Source: Acidobacteriota bacterium (lineage in GTDB: Bacteria; Acidobacteriota; UBA6911; RPQK01; JAJDTT01). Taken from it: a DNA stretch of 64,000 nt. How positions within the stretch are numbered: position 1 is the first letter of the stretch; the number at the start of each line of letters is the position of its first letter. The stretch is from assembly GCA_965222655.1 (NCBI GenBank), contig CBDCUP010000004.1, positions 10,134-74,133 of the forward strand, read 5' to 3'. Shown piece after piece: positions 57,596 through 64,000 of the stretch. The notes below the pieces were generated by a model that worked only from the letters and a program-made list of their open reading frames with translations, made no database searches and was not told where the DNA came from. Made by a program: the position numbers and the translations under genes.

Positions 57596-58692
57596 CTGAA
57601 GACTTCCTTTACCTTACCGAAGAAGCCCTCCTGGTCGTGATTCTCCTCGTCTGAAATATCCGCGAGCTGCTGAAAAAGCTCCCTCTGCTCTTTCGTCAGA
57701 CGCTTTGGGATCGATACGTTTATTTTGACGAACTGATCTCCGCGACCTCCGCCGTGGGGACTCGCGACGCCCTTGCCCCTGAGGCGGAACACGGTACCAC
57801 TCTGAGTCCCTTCGGGAATCTTGAGCCTCTCGTTGCCTTCCAGTGAGGGAACCGTCATCTGCGTTCCAAGTGCCGCCTGTGAAACGGAGAGGGAAATCTC
57901 ACAGAAGAGGTGGTTTTGTTCCCTTCGGAAGAAGGGATGTTCTTCGACCGACAAGACCACGTAGAGGTCACCTGGAGGCCCTCCCTGGATGCCCGACTCA
58001 CCCTCGCCTGAGATCCTCAGCCGAGATCCGTCGTCCACGCCCGCGGGGATCCTGATCTCGAGCACTTTCTCCTTCTTTTCCCGGCCGGACCCCCTACAGT
58101 GTCGGCATGCGTTTTCGACGAATTGACCGGTCCCCTGACACTGGGAGCAAGTTCGGCTGATGGTAAAGAAACCCTGCTGATAGCGAACTTGCCCGTCCCC
58201 TTTGCATCCAGGACAGGTGGAGGGTGTGGAACCGGGTTCCGCGCCCGAGCCCCCGCAAACGCTGCAGCTTTCTTCGCGAGGTATCTTTATCTTCGTCTTG
58301 CTTCCGAATACCGCTTGCTCGAAAGGGATCTTGAAATCGTAGCGTAGGTCGGCTCCACGTTGAGCTTGACCTCCCCGGCCTCTTCGGGAGCTGCCGAAGA
58401 TGTCACCGAAGCCGAAGAAATCTCCCAGGTCAGAAAACGGGTCGCCGGCGGAGCCTCCTGCGCGTGAACTGACTCCGGCGTGGCCGAATCGATCGTACTG
58501 AGCTCGCCTTTCGGGATCCGCGAGAACGCTGTAGGCTTCCGCCGCTTCTTTGAAGCGTTCTTCAGCTTGGCTGTCCCCTTTGTTCTTGTCCGGATGAAAC
58601 TTGAGTGCGAGCTTTCGATAGGCGCTCTTAAGTTGCTGCTGATCGGTTCCCGGCTCGACACCGAGAACCTCGTAATAATCTCTTTTCGACAA
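57592..58692 (-). CDS. dnaJ: Chaperone DnaJ
   Basis: DYYEVLGV, HPD, four CxxCxGxG repeats. TTG start at 58692. Confidence 0.97.
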   Translation of the reverse strand: MSKRDYYEVLGVEPGTDQQQLKSAYRKLALKFHPDKNKGDSQAEERFKEAAEAYSVLADPERRAQYDRFGHAGVSSRAGGSAGDPFSDLGDFFGFGDIFGSSRRGRGGQAQRGADLRYDFKIPFEQAVFGSKTKIKIPREESCSVCGGSGAEPGSTPSTCPGCKGDGQVRYQQGFFTISRTCSQCQGTGQFVENACRHCRGSGREKKEKVLEIRIPAGVDDGSRLRISGEGESGIQGGPPGDLYVVLSVEEHPFFRREQNHLFCEISLSVSQAALGTQMTVPSLEGNERLKIPEGTQSGTVFRLRGKGVASPHGGGRGDQFVKINVSIPKRLTKEQRELFQQLADISDEENHDQEGFFGKVKEVFS

Positions 58693-58947
58693 CTTCCAGT
58701 CTCCTGAATGGTTTGTCAGTTGCGCGGACCGAAGTTCTTGAGGCCGCCGGCACCGCCAAAGCACCTGTATGTGGTGATTTGTCCCCGACTGGCCTGGGAG
58801 CGCGCCATTTCAAGCCGGCGTCCAAGGACATCTCGCCAAGACCGGGTACAAAGCCACGGACGCCTGATTCTTCCCAGGCAAGCTTCTAAGATAAGATCGG
58901 CCTCCCCGGTTTTCAAGGGAGGACCTGATGCGACAATTTCGATGCTG

Positions 58948-59541
58948 CTATTCGCCAGTCTTCGCCTCCACCGGCGGGTGCAGGGCTACCTTGACTTGAG
59001 AAGCTCGCAATAGACGGCCTCGAATAGTATATCCCTTGCGATATTCTTCTGCGATCGCGCCGTCTTCGTAATCTGTCGTGAATTCCCTGAGGACGGCCTC
59101 GTGAAGGTTGGGATCGAATTGACTTCCGACGCCTGGAATCACCTTGACTTCAAACTCTGTAAGCACAGATCTGAGCTGAGTCACAAGCAGCTCATAGCCT
59201 TCGTAGAAGGGCCGCACTTGGGGATCGTCCGAGGCATTGCCCAGGGTCTCGAGTCCTTTCTCGCAGGCGTCCAGTATCGGTAGAAGCTCGAGGATCGGTC
59301 CCGACTGCGATTCCATCCGCACATCGACCTTCTCCCTATCCGTTCGTTTGCGGTAGTTGTCAAACTCAGCTTGAGTGCGGAGAAGCCGGTCGTAGTACTC
59401 GTCCCGCTCGCTTTCGAGATTCTGCAAAGTAGAAGCGTCGACCAGAGTCTCGTTGCTCTTCTCCTCTGAGTGCTCTGGGTCAGCCTTCTTCTTGGATCGG
59501 TTCTTGGAGGATCCGCCCCGGTCCTTCTGCTCCTTATCCAT
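58948..59541 (-). CDS. grpE: Nucleotide exchange factor GrpE
   Basis: R..AEFDNYRKR, LLPILD, FDPNLHEAV, KGY....LLR. Confidence 0.96.
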   Translation of the reverse strand: MDKEQKDRGGSSKNRSKKKADPEHSEEKSNETLVDASTLQNLESERDEYYDRLLRTQAEFDNYRKRTDREKVDVRMESQSGPILELLPILDACEKGLETLGNASDDPQVRPFYEGYELLVTQLRSVLTEFEVKVIPGVGSQFDPNLHEAVLREFTTDYEDGAIAEEYRKGYTIRGRLLRASQVKVALHPPVEAKTGE

Positions 59542-59682
59542 ACAGAAACCTTATCGTTCGCGGCCAGATCTGGTGCAGTCCGGGTGACAACTCTACGAAG
59601 TGATTTTGCGCGAAAGGAGATCTAGATCGGCTCGCCATAAGTTCTGAACCCTGGTTCAAAATCTGTGGCGCGCTGCACTGGG

Positions 59683-60747
59683 CTAGTTACTGCTGAGGAT
59701 ACGCCCAAACAGCTTGGCGACCGAGCCAACCAGGCTGATCCCCTTTTCGTAGCTCATTCGGGCGGGGCCTAGAATCCCAAGGCTTCCAGCAACCTGCCGA
59801 TTGTAGAGGTACGGGGAGGAGATCACTGCCCACCCCCCCATCTCGGGGATATAATTATCGAGTCCAATGGTGACGGTTGGACCCGGCTCCTTCGCCTGGA
59901 GACATTCTGTGAGTATCTTGGCCAACTGGCTCTTTTCCTCTACCGCCCTCAACAGTGCCGATGCCTGTTGGCGATCGGCCAGTTCAGGCTTCTCGATGAT
60001 CCGTGCTGCTCCGCCGAGGTAGACTTCAGATTCGCCCTGTGAACTCGCATCTGAATCCTGCAGACCCGCTGAGCCAAGCAGGATCGCGTTCTTGACCGGG
60101 TTCTTTTGTGATTCCTCTCCCGAAGTAAGCGAGAGCAGCTTGTCGCGGATCTGAGGAAGCGTATTCCCCTCGAAGTGTCCGACCAGATACCGACCTGCCT
60201 GATCCAGATCAGTTTGACTCAGATTCTCGGGAACTGCCACCAGGCGATGCTGTACCGAGCCAGCTCCGGTGATAACGACGACCAGGACCCGCTTGGCCGA
60301 GACTTTGACGAACTGGATATGTTTCATCGCGGCCAGTTCCAGTGGTTGGGCCAGGACGAACCCCATGCTGTCGGAATGAGTCGAAAGGATCTGGGAGGTC
60401 TTGCTCATCAGGTTTTCCGGATCCATCTCCTTTTCCAGGGTACCTCTGATTCGTAGCAGTTCCTTTGGTGAGAGCTCGCTAGCCTTCGAGAGCGAGTCGG
60501 CATAAAAGCGGTATCCCGTCTCGGTGGGAACCCGACCCGCTGACCTATGTGGCTGCTTCAGGAAGCCCAGTTCTTCTAAATGCGCGGTGACACTTCGAAT
60601 CGTAGCAGGACTCAAACCCTCCTGGCAGAGGCCGGAGAGTCGGCGCGAACCTACAGGCCGTCCCGAACGGATGTACTCCCGGACCAGAATCCGCAAGATA
60701 TTCCCAGCTCGGCGGCCTGGCCTGACTGTAGTGCTGCCTTTCGTCAT
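59683..60747 (-). CDS. hrcA: Heat-inducible transcription repressor
   Basis: YI..G.PVGS, SPATIR, QPHRSAGRVPT..GYR, G.LGILGP.RM.Y. Confidence 0.95.
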   Translation of the reverse strand: MTKGSTTVRPGRRAGNILRILVREYIRSGRPVGSRRLSGLCQEGLSPATIRSVTAHLEELGFLKQPHRSAGRVPTETGYRFYADSLSKASELSPKELLRIRGTLEKEMDPENLMSKTSQILSTHSDSMGFVLAQPLELAAMKHIQFVKVSAKRVLVVVITGAGSVQHRLVAVPENLSQTDLDQAGRYLVGHFEGNTLPQIRDKLLSLTSGEESQKNPVKNAILLGSAGLQDSDASSQGESEVYLGGAARIIEKPELADRQQASALLRAVEEKSQLAKILTECLQAKEPGPTVTIGLDNYIPEMGGWAVISSPYLYNRQVAGSLGILGPARMSYEKGISLVGSVAKLFGRILSSN

Positions 60748-60921
60748 GGCTAAAAAGACCAGTTCGAGATTTATAGCATACGCCTCTGTCCCAATTCAAT
60801 GAGCTTGGAGATGTCCTGCTCGGATGACTCGAAACAGGCATGGCGAAGGGCGTCGCCAATTGCTATTTTGATTCCCCAGCTTGGGTGTTCTCGAATAGAA
60901 CCTGTACCCTTCCCGTTGCCC

Positions 60922-61659
60922 TCAGGCAGTCCTCTTCAATTGGACTCCAAAGCTCTCTTCCAACCCTTGTCGTAGAGCCGAAGAAAGTGTTTCGAACGCC
61001 ACCGGTTTTCCGGCAGCTTCAGAAACTGAGAGAGCCCTCGCGCGCAACAGACCGGGGTCGACTCCCAGTGCGGCCGCCATGCTTTGGTAGTCGATTGTCA
61101 GAGGGAGGGCTCCATGTTGTAGAAAGCTCTTCATCAACTTTCTTTGGGCGCTACCTACAATCTTTCGCGAGCCTTGTACGACTTCATGAAAGCAGGGGGC
61201 CGTGAAGCAGGGTTTCTGAGATTCGGTGGGGGAGGAGTCCGAAGGACGGTCACCTCGGGCTGCCAGAGTCGTCTCGATGCCGAGAAGCTGAAGCCCCCTT
61301 CGCAAGGCAAGCGAGATCTTCTGATGGGTCAGCTGAAGACTGTGAAGCGGGAATTGAAAGGGATCGTTAGAGACGACGGTATAGGTGAGCTCGTCGGCGT
61401 GAAAGACAGCTCGTCCTCCTGTGGGCCGGTGCACCCACGGGATACCCTGTTGAAGACAATGGCGGCTGTCCAGGGCTCTCTCTACGCGCTGGTGGGAGCC
61501 CAGGGAAACCGTGGGGGTTTCCCAGCGGTAGAAGCGGACCAGTGTGCATTGGGAACGGGACGTTTCGACACGCTCCAGCAGCTGCCGGTCCACTTCCATA
61601 TTCGCGATTCCAGGCCGAGGAGGGTCAAGCAGCCAATCCCACTGGACCGAAGGGCTCAT
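60922..61659 (-). CDS. Lipoate-protein ligase A family (LipM-like)
   Basis: NM.VD..LL, RFY.W..PTVSLG, RPTGGRAV.H, K.VGSAQ, LQHG. Confidence 0.9.
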   Translation of the reverse strand: MSPSVQWDWLLDPPRPGIANMEVDRQLLERVETSRSQCTLVRFYRWETPTVSLGSHQRVERALDSRHCLQQGIPWVHRPTGGRAVFHADELTYTVVSNDPFQFPLHSLQLTHQKISLALRRGLQLLGIETTLAARGDRPSDSSPTESQKPCFTAPCFHEVVQGSRKIVGSAQRKLMKSFLQHGALPLTIDYQSMAAALGVDPGLLRARALSVSEAAGKPVAFETLSSALRQGLEESFGVQLKRTA

Positions 61660-61783
61660 TGGATCCCATCCTCACTCATGGCCGTCTTCTAGGTACCACG
61701 ACCGACGGGGTCGCTTCGACCAAACTGGAGAGATCGTTCGCAACCCCCAGCTGCGAACGTTGCCGTATTTAGGTTCCAGTGTA

Positions 61784-61966
61784 CTAACCCGCATTTCTAA
61801 TCGCTGGTCTACTGTGTCGCCGCAAACATCCGTCCTGGCTGCGTTACACTCTCTCGGCCTCCTCGACGTACTGCACGAGTACGACTGCGGGGGCCTCGGT
61901 CGCAGGCCTTGCCAGGACGGCCCTTGCGGCGCCTCGCTACGACAAGCGATGAGAAATCCGGGCTAA
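61784..61966. mobile_element. MITE family C, copy 2, abutting a remnant of family A (about 61690-61783)
   Basis: Near-identical to 47350-47532. Preceded by GTATTTAGGTTCCAGTGTA, which matches the right TIR at 41977-41995. Confidence 0.8.
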
Positions 61967-63594
61967 GGCTTCCGAAAAGACACGTAACTAATTGTCGAAG
62001 CGCCTCTTCGGCTTACAGACAACACTCGAAGAATGATGCCTTTGCCGGCACTCATTGAGTTGATCCTGTCGTAGAACTGCTGAGCTGTGCCTACCGGCTG
62101 ACCATTGACCTGGGTCACTACCTGGTTCGGACGAAGCCCGGCTTCATCTGCCTTGCTAGCGGGAGATACTTCCGTGATGACGACTCCGTGTTCCCCATCC
62201 AGCCCGAGTTGCTCCGCATCACGAGCACTCAAGGTACGGAACTCCAGTCCGATCTGTTTGGGGCGCTCTTCCTTCTTGCGCTCTTCGAAGGAGAGTCCTT
62301 CGCTCTCCGAACGCTCCTGCTGCTCGATGGTTCGCTCGGCCAGCTTGACGTTCAGCTGCAGCACTTCGCCCTTTCGGACCACTACCATTGGCAGTTCCTT
62401 TCCGGGAGGCGTGTTCGCTATGGTGGAGCGGAGGTCCCAGACCGTCTCGACTTCGACGTCCCCCACCTTCACGATGACATCTTCGGGGCGCACGCCGGCC
62501 TGGTAGGCCGGACCTGACTCACCCACCTTGGCAGTCTCGTCGACCAGCTGCGTGACCAGGACGCCGTCCCCATCCTTGATACCTTTGGGGTCGGATCCCG
62601 CGACGCCAAAGAACTCTGCCATCTCTTCGGTCATGGGGAAGGTGTTCATCGAGACGCCCAGCCAGCCTCTTTCGATCTTGCCGGTGTCGACCAGCTGATT
62701 GTAGGAATTGACGAACACCGACGAGGGGATAGCGAAGCCAACGCCCTGCGAGCCTCCGGTCCTGCTGAAAATGAAGCTGTTGATTCCAATGACCTCACCC
62801 TTCATGTTGACGAGGGGGCCGCCGCTATTGCCAGGATTTATGGCTGCATCGGTCTGAATGTAATCGCCGAAAATAGTCATCCCCTTCACGACTCGGGCCG
62901 TGGCGGAAACGATTCCAGCGGTGACGGTTTTGCCCACACCAAAAGGATCTCCGATTGCCAGCACCCACTGGCCTGTGCGGACCTTGGAGGAGTCACCCAC
63001 CTTGGCAAAGGGAAGTTCTTTGCGAGCGTCGATTTTGAGAACAGCGAGATCGCTCTCAGGATCGACCCCAATCACGGTGCCATTGAAGGCTTCTCCCGTG
63101 TGTAGGGTAACCGTAATCTTGTCGGCCAGCTGTCTTCTTTCCCCTTGTCCGATAGGAGCGACCACGTGATAGTTGGAGAGGATGTAGCCCGCGCTGTCGA
63201 CGATCACGCCTGAACCGAGACTATCCCGCTTCTGCTCAGATGGCCCCCCGAACCGTTCCAGGAACTCGTCCCCGAAGAAGTCGCGCAGGGGGTCCGGAGA
63301 ACTTCGCTGCGTCCTTTGACGGTGGACGATAGAGGTCGTACTGACATTGACTACGGTGGGTGCCACTGTTTCGGCGACGCTAGCGAAGCCGTCCACCAGA
63401 CGGGCCTCTTTATCCAAGACCAGCGGTGCGCCGGCACCCTGAACCTTCAGCTTGTCGACGTCGGCTCGTTCAGCGCTGAAGACGCCTTCGTCAACCAGGA
63501 TCGTACCAATAGTGATTCCCAGGCCAAGTGTGACCAAAAGGACGAGAAACGTCAGACCCGTTCGAGATCGAAGAAGTGCGTTGATTCTTGACAT
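61963..63594 (-). CDS. degP: HtrA/DegP serine protease with 2 PDZ domains
   Basis: LGSGVI, NYHVV, SDLAV, QTDAAINPGNSGGPL. Confidence 0.95.
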   Translation of the reverse strand: MSRINALLRSRTGLTFLVLLVTLGLGITIGTILVDEGVFSAERADVDKLKVQGAGAPLVLDKEARLVDGFASVAETVAPTVVNVSTTSIVHRQRTQRSSPDPLRDFFGDEFLERFGGPSEQKRDSLGSGVIVDSAGYILSNYHVVAPIGQGERRQLADKITVTLHTGEAFNGTVIGVDPESDLAVLKIDARKELPFAKVGDSSKVRTGQWVLAIGDPFGVGKTVTAGIVSATARVVKGMTIFGDYIQTDAAINPGNSGGPLVNMKGEVIGINSFIFSRTGGSQGVGFAIPSSVFVNSYNQLVDTGKIERGWLGVSMNTFPMTEEMAEFFGVAGSDPKGIKDGDGVLVTQLVDETAKVGESGPAYQAGVRPEDVIVKVGDVEVETVWDLRSTIANTPPGKELPMVVVRKGEVLQLNVKLAERTIEQQERSESEGLSFEERKKEERPKQIGLEFRTLSARDAEQLGLDGEHGVVITEVSPASKADEAGLRPNQVVTQVNGQPVGTAQQFYDRINSMSAGKGIILRVLSVSRRGASTISYVSFRKP

Positions 63595-63689
63595 CTGTAT
63601 CCTCCAGTGGGCTAGCTATGGTCAATAATGGTCACTGCAAGAACTTATACGCTTGATTCTGACGAGGGTTCACTCTTTCAAATTTACTG

Positions 63690-63912
63690 GCTAAGAAGCA
63701 AGTCCCAAGGCTAAGAAGCAAGGATCCAAGACCCAAGGTACCAAATCCCAGCTAAATCCCAAATCTCAAGCACCAAGAACTCGAGTGTCTACTCCTTAGA
63801 GGACGAGATATTCTTGAAACCGGTTCAACTCGCATCCGAGAATCCCCTGGTATCGAGCCTTTGGACTTGAATGGGATTTGGTCCCTTGGGACTTGGATCC
63901 TTGCTTCTTAGC
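63690..63912. repeat. Long inverted repeat built of 7-nt units
   Basis: 63710-63750 versus 63872-63912 is a 39/41 IR. CCAAG-type units recur with 7-nt periodicity. Confidence 0.75.
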
Positions 63913-64000
63913 TTATACTAGCCGAAGTCTGGCGTAGCTCTGAAGCAGTTTCTTGATCCCCAAGCCGGGAAACTGAACCGTGACCTTGACATCGTCTCCT
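63913..64000 (-). CDS. pcrA: C-terminus of PcrA/UvrD helicase (partial)
   Basis: Translates to GDDVKVTVQFPGLGIKKLLQSYARLRLV*, the PcrA/UvrD C-terminal Tudor-like motif. Confidence 0.7.
   Translation of the reverse strand, partial: GDDVKVTVQFPGLGIKKLLQSYARLRLV

Overview
64 kb of a GC-rich (roughly 60% by eye) bacterial chromosome, probably Acidobacteriota (inferred from the Acidobacteria-type Hfq and general gene content). Bases 1 to ~9765 look like an integrated, decaying plasmid or island. It holds a Tn3 38-bp IR with a frameshifted resolvase, an intact IS66 (21-bp TIRs, 8-bp TSD) carrying a translationally coupled DUF4338 gene and nested inside a CTAG MITE, an M4 protease, a beta-barrel protein, a HEPN protein, an ISL3-type MITE, an iteron plus DnaA-box origin, and a 5'-truncated rep joined to the end of a citE-like gene. 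The rest is mostly housekeeping and metabolism (xylAB, OPT, UbiD/MqnL, gpmI, glycosyltransferases, rfbAB, smpB, pepA, hfq, holB-tmk, nrdJ, hrcA-grpE-dnaJ-prmA-rsmE, degP, pcrA end), densely interspersed with several REP and MITE families. The highlight is 31809-35790, where one REP doublet has been hit twice. The first insert is an IS110 whose bridge RNA can be read by eye: four guides matching the actual target and donor junctions, and a junction promoter TTGACT-17-TATAGT. The second is a group II intron with an atypical domain V. Also notable are MITE families whose terminal stems covary between copies and share an internal hairpin core, a candidate sigma54/IHF-driven sRNA, and one in-frame TAG in pepA. 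All calls come from motif recognition by eye; no searches were run.
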